Source: an uncultured bacterium
GTDB taxonomy: Bacteria > Acidobacteriota > Vicinamibacteria > Vicinamibacterales > UBA2999
Length of the DNA stretch: 64,000 nucleotides
Reading direction: 5' to 3'
Assembly (NCBI GenBank): GCA_963923455.1
Contig: CAWULT010000010.1
Coordinates: 3,537 to 67,536 of the forward strand
Shown here one piece after another: positions 23,839 to 31,935 of this stretch. Position 1 is the first letter of the stretch. Each line of letters opens with the position of its first letter. Below the pieces are notes generated by a model. The model was given only the letters and a program-made list of their open reading frames with translations. It did not search any database and was not told the DNA's origin. The position numbers were made by a program, and so were the translations under genes.

Positions 23839-23853
23839 GCAACGGCTGTGCCA
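23839..23853 (-). promoter_or_regulatory. Sigma-54 (-24/-12) promoter, TGGCACAGCCGTTGC, upstream of flp
   Basis: The minus strand reads TGGCAC-N5-TTGC with exact consensus spacing, about 95 nt upstream of the flp ATG (23743). Confidence 0.65.
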
Positions 23854-24317
23854 CGCGCACCGGATCGCGACGAACCGGGTACGAGAGCCCTTGTTTTTCG
23901 AGGGAATCGTCAGGATGCGTGCCCGCGGGCCTCGAGCCGCCTCATCCGCACGACCGCCGGCCCGCGCCGCACTTTCGTAAGCGTTCCGGCGAAATGGTGC
24001 GGTGCGGCCCTGTCTCGAAGCGGAACGGCGCGTGCCGCGCCGGAGCGCGCGGTACACGCCGCGTACGGGGCGGGCCGGCACATTCGTAATCGAGGACTCG
24101 GATTTCGTCGGTGCGCCGTGACGGGATGCCCCAGGGCTGCGCCGATTACGCGCGTTCTGCGCGGCGATTCGCGCGTGCGGCACCGGAACGGCGCTTGCGA
24201 TCTATAGAGCAGCCGTCGATCGAGTCCCGCTCCCGTGGGCTCACGCGGGCTCCGGGGGACGACGTGATCGAGCGTGTGTCGGTGCGAGGAGAGGAGAGAC
24301 CCAGCGTGAGACGCGTG

Positions 24318-24581
24318 ATGGGGGACGCCCTGCTGTCGGCGGCCGCACTCGTCGTCCTGCTCGCGGCGCTCGTCTCGATCGACGAGCGCGTGCGGGAACA
24401 CGTCTGGGACCTGACGCGCCCGGAATCGATGGAGGCCGCCGTCCAGGACCTCGGGGGGCAGGCGCGCACGACCGCCGCCGTGCTGGCCGAAGCCGCCAAG
24501 GACCAGAGCATCGAGCACGCGCCACTGGTGATCTTCGCCGTGGCCGGCAGCGCCCTCGTGCTGGCGATGCTCCGTCTGTGA
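24318..24581 (+). CDS. Small (87 aa) two-TM membrane protein, hypothetical
   Basis: MGDALLSAAALVVLLAALVSI ... LVIFAVAGSALVLAMLRL. Its stop overlaps the start of the next gene (GTGA). Start chosen at ATG 24318. Confidence 0.5.
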   Translation: MGDALLSAAALVVLLAALVSIDERVREHVWDLTRPESMEAAVQDLGGQARTTAAVLAEAAKDQSIEHAPLVIFAVAGSALVLAMLRL

Positions 24582-27500
24582 CCATGACGCCCCTCATCCT
24601 CGCCGTCGACGGCGACCGCCGCCAGAGCACGCAGGTCGTCGCGCTGGTCAAGGACACCCTCGACGCGGAACTCATCCAGGCAGACACCGCATCCGAGGGC
24701 ATCACGGCGCTCGGCGGCCGGGTGCCGGACCTGATCCTCACGTCGGCCCTGCTCTCGCCCAAGGACGACGGCCTGATCGCCGGCCATCTGCGCCAGCTGG
24801 GCCGAGCGGCGGCGCACGTGCAGACGCTGACGATCCCGATGCTCCGCAAGGGAGCCCAGAAGAAGGCGAAGGCACAGCGCGGCATGCTCGCGGCACTGCG
24901 CCGGGAACGCCCCCAGGGCCCCGGGACGGAGGGCTGCGATCCGGAGGTCTTCGCCGAGCAGGTCCGCTTGTACCTGTCGACCGCGGTGGAGCACCGACAG
25001 CAGGCATCGGAGTTCCAGGGGTCCGGGACGGGCGTGTCGTTCGAGTCCACGTCCGCGGATCCTGAGCCGGCGGAGCGTCCGGCTGCCGACTGGGCCGTCC
25101 CTGCGTGGCTCGACTCAGAGCCGGAACCTGAGGCAGTCGCCCCCTTCTGGCCGGAGGCGGGAACGCTCGTACCGCCACCCGTCGAGGTGCTGGCGAACGA
25201 ACCATGCCTGGATGAGGCCGACGCGCCGGCGGATGCGCGGCCGATGCCGGATGCCGCCATCGAGCTGCCCGGGGCCGAGGTCCAGGCGTGCGCGACGGAT
25301 ATCGCCGAGCCGACGGTGGCGTTCGCGCCGATCGATGCGACACCAGCGGCCGGCGTCGAGCCCGAGACAGCAGGCGACGAGTGGGCGCCAGAGGCATCCT
25401 CTGCCGACATGGACCGCGAGCCTCCCGCGAGCGACGCACGGGACATCGCCATGGCGGCGCTCGAGGCACTCTTCGGCACCAGCGCGTGGGAGGTCACCCC
25501 CAGTGCCGCGGCGCCCGCCCTCGACGCCGCGCCCACCACCGCGGAGGCCGACACCGCGCCCGTCCTGCTCGACGACCAGGCTCCGTGCGGGTCGCCTGGC
25601 GACGTCGGCGCCGTAGCCCCCTCGAGCGACGACTGGCTGCCGGACGCGGCATCGACCGTCGAGCGCCCTCTCGAGGCGCGCGGGGACGAGGCCTCGATCG
25701 AAGGCGCCGCCATCGCCGACGTCGTGACCTCCACCAGCCCGCTGGCCCCTGCCGACGACGGGATGGCTGAGGAGGCCACGCGGGGCGACGCCGAGGCACA
25801 GGCGCCAGATGGGCCAACCGACGAGACCGTCGCCGTGAGCGACGTGCCGCCGCCGTTCGCGCCGGCCCGAGGCGGGTTCGACGACTTCTACGTGCAGACA
25901 CCGGCCGCCGAAGCCTGGGCTGCGCTGACGACGCAGCCTCTGTCGGCGCTGACGCGACCCGAGGAGCAGAGCGAAGTCCGGGTGCCACTGATCGACATGG
26001 GCTCCTGCGAGGACCTCGACCTGCTGGCGAGCGGGCTGGCCGCCACCACGGACGACCCGATGGCGAGCCTGTTCGTCAGCCCGGCATCGTCCGCGCGTGC
26101 GGCCGGCGAACCGGCGTGGTTGGACGAAGATGTCCGGACCGCCGAGCCCGAACCCATCGTCGCGCCCGAACTCGCTCTCCAGCCCGAAGTCGATCTCCAG
26201 CCGCCCGCGGTCGATCTCTCGCCCGCGGTCGATCTCGGGCCCGAAGTCGATCTCGCGCCCGAACCCGCGCCCGAGCCACTCGTCGTACCCGAGCCCGTCA
26301 CGATGATCGAGGCGGCCGCAACGAGCGCCCCCCTCGTCGCGCCCGCGCCAGCCGCCACGGTCGAACCCGACATGCCTGCCGAATCGGACGTGACGGAACC
26401 ATTGACCGACGTCGCACTGCCGATCGAGGCCGCGTCGATGGTCGAGCCGGACATCATCGAGGCCATCCCCGAGGCGCCGGCGCCCATCGTCGAGACCTGC
26501 ACCGCCAGCGCCGGCACGTTCGAGACCGATGCGGCGCCGCCCGAGGCCGCGCCGTTGCCCGAGGCCGACGTCGAGGTCGCGATCGACCTGGACTCGTACG
26601 AACCGTCGGCCGATCCGGTGCTCGAGCGCTTTGGCAGCGCAGTCGCCGAGGCGCCCCCGGTCATCGAGCCCGTTGCCGCGGCGGTCACCGTCGTCGCGCC
26701 TTTCGCCGAGGCCGTGCCCGTCGAGCCGGTCGCGGCGGACACGGCGCCGCCGGCCGCTGCGGCGGCGACCGAAGCGGCTGCCACCAACGCGGCGCCGCCG
26801 GCCGTACCGACCCCGCCAGGTCTCGACGACGACTCGGTCGCCGAGTCCGTGGTGCCCCTGCTCTATCAGGCGTTTGCCGACGAGCTGGACGCGGAGTGGA
26901 GTGACAGCAACGCCCCTGGCGAACCGCCCCCCCCCCGCGCCGCGGCGGAACCGCACGTGTTGGAACGGCGAGTGGTCCTGGAGCCGGAACTCGTGGTCGA
27001 GCCCGACGTCCTCGACGAAGTCGATGAGCTGCTCGGCGCCGCCTGGCTGGCTGGCGACGGCGACGTGGCCGCGCCCGTGCCGGCCGACGAACGGGCCGAC
27101 GCTCTCCCCATCGAGTCCGACGCGCCCGCGGCCTCACTCGCGGAGTTCCTGTCGGACGAGCCGGGCTCCGTGCCCGAGCCACCGGCGACACACGGCGCCG
27201 AGGCCAGCAGCCTGCCGCCGTGGAGCCTCCCCGTACTCGACGCCGAGGCCCTGGCGATGATCGGCGATGCCGCGGCCCGTGCCCTGGATGCCGCCGTGCT
27301 GCGGGACTTCGAACTCGCGCTCGCCGAGTACGACGAGTCGGGCACGGACTGGCGTGACGTCGACGCGCGGAGCACCGCCGATGCGACGGCGGCGAATGGG
27401 CCCGCGAACGCGGCGCCCGATGCCGAGCCGGCTGCGGCCCCCGCACCCGCATCGGCCCATGCGCGGCCATCGGTCGAGTGGGGTGTGATCGATCCGCCTC

Positions 27501-27601
27501 ACGCCGGGCTCGCGTCGCTGCTCGAGCGCCACGACCGCCACCGGGAGCGTCCGGAGCCGGCGCCCGCGCCGCGCACGAAGGCCCCGGTCGCGGTTCGCTG
27601 A
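24578..27601 (+). CDS. Large (about 1007 aa) highly acidic Ala/Pro/Glu/Asp-rich protein with an N-terminal receiver-like domain that lacks the phospho-acceptor Asp
   Basis: N-terminus LILAVDGDRRQSTQVVALVKD..VPDLILTSALLSPKDDG has a CheY-like pattern, but DLILTS replaces the usual acceptor Asp position. The rest is low-complexity and acidic. Third codon positions are strongly G/C in this frame. Start is GTG 24578 or ATG 24584. Confidence 0.7.
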   Translation: MTMTPLILAVDGDRRQSTQVVALVKDTLDAELIQADTASEGITALGGRVPDLILTSALLSPKDDGLIAGHLRQLGRAAAHVQTLTIPMLRKGAQKKAKAQRGMLAALRRERPQGPGTEGCDPEVFAEQVRLYLSTAVEHRQQASEFQGSGTGVSFESTSADPEPAERPAADWAVPAWLDSEPEPEAVAPFWPEAGTLVPPPVEVLANEPCLDEADAPADARPMPDAAIELPGAEVQACATDIAEPTVAFAPIDATPAAGVEPETAGDEWAPEASSADMDREPPASDARDIAMAALEALFGTSAWEVTPSAAAPALDAAPTTAEADTAPVLLDDQAPCGSPGDVGAVAPSSDDWLPDAASTVERPLEARGDEASIEGAAIADVVTSTSPLAPADDGMAEEATRGDAEAQAPDGPTDETVAVSDVPPPFAPARGGFDDFYVQTPAAEAWAALTTQPLSALTRPEEQSEVRVPLIDMGSCEDLDLLASGLAATTDDPMASLFVSPASSARAAGEPAWLDEDVRTAEPEPIVAPELALQPEVDLQPPAVDLSPAVDLGPEVDLAPEPAPEPLVVPEPVTMIEAAATSAPLVAPAPAATVEPDMPAESDVTEPLTDVALPIEAASMVEPDIIEAIPEAPAPIVETCTASAGTFETDAAPPEAAPLPEADVEVAIDLDSYEPSADPVLERFGSAVAEAPPVIEPVAAAVTVVAPFAEAVPVEPVAADTAPPAAAAATEAAATNAAPPAVPTPPGLDDDSVAESVVPLLYQAFADELDAEWSDSNAPGEPPPPRAAAEPHVLERRVVLEPELVVEPDVLDEVDELLGAAWLAGDGDVAAPVPADERADALPIESDAPAASLAEFLSDEPGSVPEPPATHGAEASSLPPWSLPVLDAEALAMIGDAAARALDAAVLRDFELALAEYDESGTDWRDVDARSTADATAANGPANAAPDAEPAAAPAPASAHARPSVEWGVIDPPHAGLASLLERHDRHRERPEPAPAPRTKAPVAVR
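26183..26254 (+). repeat. Four copies of a 15-nt unit CCCG(AA/CG)GTCGATCTC, encoding P(E/A)VDL, inside the acidic protein gene
   Basis: Copies start at 26183, 26204, 26222 and 26240, in an A-B-B-A arrangement. Read directly. Confidence 0.85.
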
Positions 27602-27617
27602 CGCCGGGACTCCCGGG

Positions 27618-28328
27618 CTACCGTCGCCGAGCGGGGCGGGGCGGCGGAGGCGGCTGGTAGGTGACCGTGAGGTTGCTCACCAGGGCCATCGGCCGGCCCG
27701 CGGCGCTGAAGTTGTCGGGGCCGTCGATCCGGACCACGTCCAGCTTCTCGCCGAGGATGCTCACCTGCTCGACCTCGGCCGGAATCACCACCGTGATCGG
27801 CTCCGTGCCAGTCGGCGCCACGGCCTTCAGTCCCCCCGGGCCGCCGCCACCACTCACCCGATCCACGAGATCCGACGCCGCGCGGAACTCGCTCTGGACG
27901 ATGGCTCTGGAAATCAGCGTGTTGTCCATGGTCAGCACGCCGATCGATGCGGTGTAGCGGTGGTAGGCGCGGTTGGCCTTGACGAGATCCTCCGAGTAGA
28001 CGTGCCGGTTGTGCAGGTCGAACTGCAGCGTCACCGGGCCCGTATGCGGCGGCAGCGTCACCAGGATGCCGCCGGCCGGGTCGCGGCCGACCAGCACGTC
28101 GCAGAAGACGCGCCTGGTGCGGACGCCTTCGCCGAGCACCTGCGGACAGACAGCCATTGCCGGCTCGGTCACCGTCGCCGGTGCCGCCGGCGTGGCGGGC
28201 GGCTTGGCGGTCTGTGCCCGGGCCGGCTGGCGCCGCGCGGGCGCGCGGCGCGTCTGCGCCGCGGCCTGGCCGGCCGTCGTGACGGCCGCGAGCACGCCCA
28301 CGAGCAGCAGGACAGCGCGGCGTCTCAC
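27618..28328 (-). CDS. Secreted hypothetical protein (signal peptide, Pro-rich ends)
   Basis: MRRRAVLLLVGVLAAVTTAGQAAAQ signal. Start is 2 nt after the folE stop. No family recognised. Confidence 0.6.
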   Translation of the reverse strand: MRRRAVLLLVGVLAAVTTAGQAAAQTRRAPARRQPARAQTAKPPATPAAPATVTEPAMAVCPQVLGEGVRTRRVFCDVLVGRDPAGGILVTLPPHTGPVTLQFDLHNRHVYSEDLVKANRAYHRYTASIGVLTMDNTLISRAIVQSEFRAASDLVDRVSGGGGPGGLKAVAPTGTEPITVVIPAEVEQVSILGEKLDVVRIDGPDNFSAAGRPMALVSNLTVTYQPPPPPRPARRR

Positions 28329-28329
28329 G

Positions 28330-28926
28330 TCACTCGTCGGCGCAGCTCGCCAGTCCCGCGGCGGACGGGAAGGTCGGCGCGCCCCGCAGCTTGATGAGCT
28401 CGAGGAACTCCATGCGGGTCCGCGCGCAGTCCTTGAACGAGCCCAGCATCGCGCTGGTGATGGTGATGGAATTCTGCCGCTCGACCCCGCGCATCGCCAT
28501 GCACAGGTGCGTGCCCTCGCAGACGACGGCCACGCCGAGCGGGGCGATCGTCTGCCGGATGGTCTCCGCGATCTGGTTGGTCATCCGCTCCTGCACCTGG
28601 AGCCGGCGCGCGAACACGTCGACCAGGCGTGGGATCTTGCTGAGCCCGATCACCCGCTTGTCGGGGACGTACGCCACGTGGCACTTGCCGAAGAACGGCA
28701 GCAGGTGGTGCTCGCACAGGCTGTAGTAGTCGATGTCCTTCACGATGACCATCTCGCTGTAGTCGACCGTGAAGAGGGCGTCGTTGAGCACCTCGTCGAC
28801 GTTGGCGCGATAGCCGCTGGTCAGGAACTCGTAGGCCTGGGCCACGCGCCGCGGCGTGCGCACGAGCCCCTCGCGGTCGGGATCTTCCCCGATTCCGACG
28901 AGCAACTCACGGATGAGGGACTCCAT
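28330..28926 (-). CDS. folE: GTP cyclohydrolase I (FolE type 1)
   Basis: ..[61 protein letters not shown].. are canonical FolE motifs. Confidence 0.95.
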   Translation of the reverse strand: MESLIRELLVGIGEDPDREGLVRTPRRVAQAYEFLTSGYRANVDEVLNDALFTVDYSEMVIVKDIDYYSLCEHHLLPFFGKCHVAYVPDKRVIGLSKIPRLVDVFARRLQVQERMTNQIAETIRQTIAPLGVAVVCEGTHLCMAMRGVERQNSITITSAMLGSFKDCARTRMEFLELIKLRGAPTFPSAAGLASCADE

Positions 28927-28998
28927 CCCGCTATTCTACATCGCGGGTTCGGCCCGCCCGGCGTGAGCACCGGCCCCCAAGCGGGGTCCGGAGGGCGG

Positions 28999-30441
28999 CT
29001 ACTTGCTGAGGCGCACGATCTGGCTCTGGAGCTGCTGGAAAGCGGGCCCCACGTCGGCCGCTGTCGCGGCGAAGTAGTACTTCCCCTCCGTCTGGCTGCT
29101 GTTGTAGTCGGGCGACCGTGTGTCGTTGGCCACCCGCATCAGCACGCTCTCGGAGCTCTCGGGGATCGTGCCCAGGCTGCCGCGCACGAGCGAACCCATG
29201 CCGATGCAGTAGATGCGGACCGGGTAGTCACCCGTCGTGTCCGCGCGCGCCGCGTTGGCGATGATCTCGGTGAGGTTCGTCGCGGCGTTGCGGATGTTGA
29301 AGACCTCCGCCGGATACCGGCCGGCGACCGCATTGAAGTTGCGCAGCCCGCGGCGGGACGACTGCGGGTTGCCGTTCACGGTCAGGGAGCTCGTCTGCAG
29401 CGGAAACGACGTCGGGATGCCGCTGCTGCGGTGGTGCGTGTGCAGGCTGGCCAGCGGCATGTAGGGCACGGCGGCGATGACCTGCGTGCTGTTCCACCCG
29501 GTGGTCGTCAGCGACACCGACGGGCTGCGGGAGCCCGACTCCGTGTCGTAGAGGCCCTGAATCGTCGGCGTGTTCGTCGTGATGCCCCCCGGATCCGGCG
29601 AGATCCGTGGAAAGTCCGACGTGAACAGCCCCTTCGCCGTGCCGCTGCCGTCCCAGAGTCCTGGCACCGTGTTGCCCGACCCGTCGGTGAACAGCACGAT
29701 CACGCGCAGCCCGGACTGCTGGCCGCCCGGCACCACGCGCAGCTCGTCCCAGCCCCGGTAGAGGCCCTCGGCCATCGGCGTCACGCCGCCCGGCAGCGTG
29801 TTGGGCACGGCCGCCTGCAGCGCCACCTTGTCGAAGCCGCGGAGGCCCGGCATCGGCGAGATCACCCGGGCGCCCCAGCCGTATGTCGTCAGCGCGATGC
29901 GATCGCTTGTCTGGTCGAAGGCGTTGATGAACTCGCGCACGGCGTCGCGGACGGCGCCCCAATCGGCGCCGATCGAACTCGACACGTCGATGACCAGCGA
30001 CAGGTCGACCAGGCGCCGGCGGGCCTCGCCCTCGCTCGCGACCGTGACCTCGGTGAAGTTGCCGAGCCGCATGAAGGTCGTCGGCAGCACGGCCGTCGCG
30101 CGGATCGTCACGATGTTCTCGCCGGTCGCCGGCAGGGTCTCGAGGTTGTAGAAGGACGGGTCGGACGCCGGGTCGGTGACCGAGGAGATGCCGAGGTACC
30201 CGGGCGGGAAGTTGGCGTTGAAGATGCGTTGCGCCTCGAGACGGGGGCTGCCGCTGTGGAGCATCCGCGCCGCGCCGAGGGCGGCGCCGTCGACCGCCTT
30301 GGTCAGCTGCGCCTTCACGACGTAGGCCCGGCCCGTGTCGACGGCCAGGCCGATGAAGAGCAGCAGCAGCGTCAGGAACACCGCCATGTGCACGAGGGCG
30401 AGCCCCCGCTCGTCGCGGATCGATCGTCGCTGTCTGGTCAT
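28999..30441 (-). CDS. TadG-like pilus-associated protein with a von Willebrand A domain
   Basis: Tad_N-type N-terminus (RGLALVHMAVFLTLLLLFIGLAVDTGRAYVVKAQL). MIDAS DxSxS motif (VIDVSSSIG). Confidence 0.8.
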   Translation of the reverse strand: MTRQRRSIRDERGLALVHMAVFLTLLLLFIGLAVDTGRAYVVKAQLTKAVDGAALGAARMLHSGSPRLEAQRIFNANFPPGYLGISSVTDPASDPSFYNLETLPATGENIVTIRATAVLPTTFMRLGNFTEVTVASEGEARRRLVDLSLVIDVSSSIGADWGAVRDAVREFINAFDQTSDRIALTTYGWGARVISPMPGLRGFDKVALQAAVPNTLPGGVTPMAEGLYRGWDELRVVPGGQQSGLRVIVLFTDGSGNTVPGLWDGSGTAKGLFTSDFPRISPDPGGITTNTPTIQGLYDTESGSRSPSVSLTTTGWNSTQVIAAVPYMPLASLHTHHRSSGIPTSFPLQTSSLTVNGNPQSSRRGLRNFNAVAGRYPAEVFNIRNAATNLTEIIANAARADTTGDYPVRIYCIGMGSLVRGSLGTIPESSESVLMRVANDTRSPDYNSSQTEGKYYFAATAADVGPAFQQLQSQIVRLSK

Positions 30442-30475
30442 GGCCTGTGTCCTCGTCCTGGTCCGCGCCGTCCGC

Positions 30476-31063
30476 TCAGAAGTACGCGATCGAATGCAGC
30501 GTCGACGGCACGGTGATGCCGAACCGGTCGAGCGGCGTGAGCAGCGGATGCGACGTGTAGACCTCGGTCACGTACATCAGCCCGCCGCGCGTGAGGTCCA
30601 GGTTGGCCGGCAGATTCCTGATCTGCAGGTTCGTGTCGTTGTCCGAGTTGACGGCCTGGAAGTCCGGCGCGCTGCCGAACGCCCCGACCCCGACCGTCTG
30701 CAGCGTGCTCGCGGCCCCCAGGGGCCCCACCTCGTAGCGCTGGTAGAGGATGATCCGGTCGTAGTTGGCCGCCCCGGTCGTCGACACCTTCTTCAGCACC
30801 GAGAAGATCAGCTTGGAGCCGTTGGTGAAGTCGACGGGCCGCGTCACCATCGTCTGCATCGCGACGGCGGCGTCCTGCAGCGTGACGTCGCGCGAGATCA
30901 GGTTCGACCCCTCACGGGTCAGCTTGGTCACGACGTGCTGGTCGAGCAGCGCGTAGCCCACTTCGATCACGCCCAGCACCATGATGAGCGCCAGGGGCAG
31001 GACCAGCGCCATCTCGACGATGCTCTGGCCCGACGACGACGGAAGGCGGTGCCTCGTACGCAT
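30476..31063 (-). CDS. TadE-like (pseudopilin-like) protein
   Basis: MRTRHRLPSSSGQSIVEMALVLPLALIMVLGVIEVGYAL is a TadE N-terminal motif. ATG 31063 lies 3 nt after the upstream stop. The 412-aa track ORF is a read-through artefact. Confidence 0.8.
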   Translation of the reverse strand: MRTRHRLPSSSGQSIVEMALVLPLALIMVLGVIEVGYALLDQHVVTKLTREGSNLISRDVTLQDAAVAMQTMVTRPVDFTNGSKLIFSVLKKVSTTGAANYDRIILYQRYEVGPLGAASTLQTVGVGAFGSAPDFQAVNSDNDTNLQIRNLPANLDLTRGGLMYVTEVYTSHPLLTPLDRFGITVPSTLHSIAYF

Positions 31064-31065
31064 GG

Positions 31066-31539
31066 TCAGTTGAAGCTGCGCTCGCTGAGCATCGCCGACT
31101 CCACCTCCAGGTTGACCTGCCCGTTGGTGAAGAAGCGGCTCACGAGTGGAGTGAAGAGCGTCCAGGTGTAGTTGACGCGGACCTTCGCGACGTCGCCCGG
31201 CCCGCCGATCCCCGTCTGCCACACCGTCTGCCCCGGGCGCAGGTGCGTGAACGAGAACGCGCTGTCGGCGAGCGTGATCGTTGGCGTGGCGTTGCGCATC
31301 GCCGCACGGATCGACTCCTCGCGGGTCATCGACGGCATGGTGGCCCCGGTCACGCCGAAGCGCGACGCCTGCGAGACGCCGTTCTCGAGCGCGAGGTAGA
31401 CGTAGAAGATCGACGAGAAGTCGACGATCGAGAACGTCAACAGCAGCAGCAGCGGCGTGATGAGCGCCGCCTCCACCATGTTGGCCCCGCGCGACTCGCG
31501 GAGCCGGCCGACGATCCGTAGGGTGATGTACCGCTTCAT
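31066..31539 (-). CDS. TadE-like (pseudopilin-like) protein
   Basis: ..RESRGANMVEAALITPLLLLLTFSIVDFSS.. is a TadE N-terminal motif. Start is ATG 31539 (or GTG 31563). Confidence 0.78.
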   Translation of the reverse strand: MKRYITLRIVGRLRESRGANMVEAALITPLLLLLTFSIVDFSSIFYVYLALENGVSQASRFGVTGATMPSMTREESIRAAMRNATPTITLADSAFSFTHLRPGQTVWQTGIGGPGDVAKVRVNYTWTLFTPLVSRFFTNGQVNLEVESAMLSERSFN

Positions 31540-31581
31540 GGCGCACGCTGCGCGCGGCAGCACGCAGACACGCCACGGAAG

Positions 31582-31597
31582 TGCAGCCGACGTGCCA
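31582..31597 (-). promoter_or_regulatory. Sigma-54-like (-24/-12) promoter, TGGCACGTCGGCTGCA, upstream of tadE-tadE-tadG
   Basis: The minus strand reads CTGGCACG-N4-CTGCA with correct GG-N10-GC spacing and one mismatch in the -12 element. It lies about 45 nt upstream of ATG 31539. Confidence 0.55.
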
Positions 31598-31935
31598 GCG
31601 CCGGGCGATTACGAAGGGCGCCCCCGTGCCGACGGAACCGTCAGCCGCGGTCGCCGTCCGGCGTGCGCTCCGGCCCGGACGCGCCACGCCAGCCGCTGGG
31701 GACCGGTGGCCCAACTGGCGCGAGATGAGGGAGTTGCCGGGACCGACGCCGCCAGGTGGTGCGACGCGCCGGCTCAGACTTTCCGGCCGGGGCCAGGCGA
31801 GCCCGCGAAGTCCGGCCGGTCACGGCCGGCGCCGCGCAGGGCACGGTCAGGAAGAAAGTGCAATCGCCGTTACCATCCAGGCGAGGCGCCTGACTCGAGT
31901 CGCCGGGGTATACTCCGGCCAGACACCACATCCGC

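Noticed and set aside
23848-24207. 119-aa plus-strand ORF in the long flp upstream intergenic region
   Set aside because: Arg/Ala-rich with no motif. It overlaps the sigma-54 promoter and the candidate enhancer units, so the region is better explained as regulatory DNA.
24241-26956. 512-aa and 613-aa minus-strand ORFs opposite the acidic protein gene
   Set aside because: I considered whether the minus strand is the real coding strand. The plus frame has G/C-dominated third positions, a receiver-like N-terminus and start/stop coupling to the upstream gene. The minus frames are Arg/Gly/Ser-rich with no features.
30476-31714. 412-aa ORF in the track
   Set aside because: Only the last 195 codons (a TadE-like protein) are credible. 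The upstream part overlaps the other tadE-like gene in a different frame.
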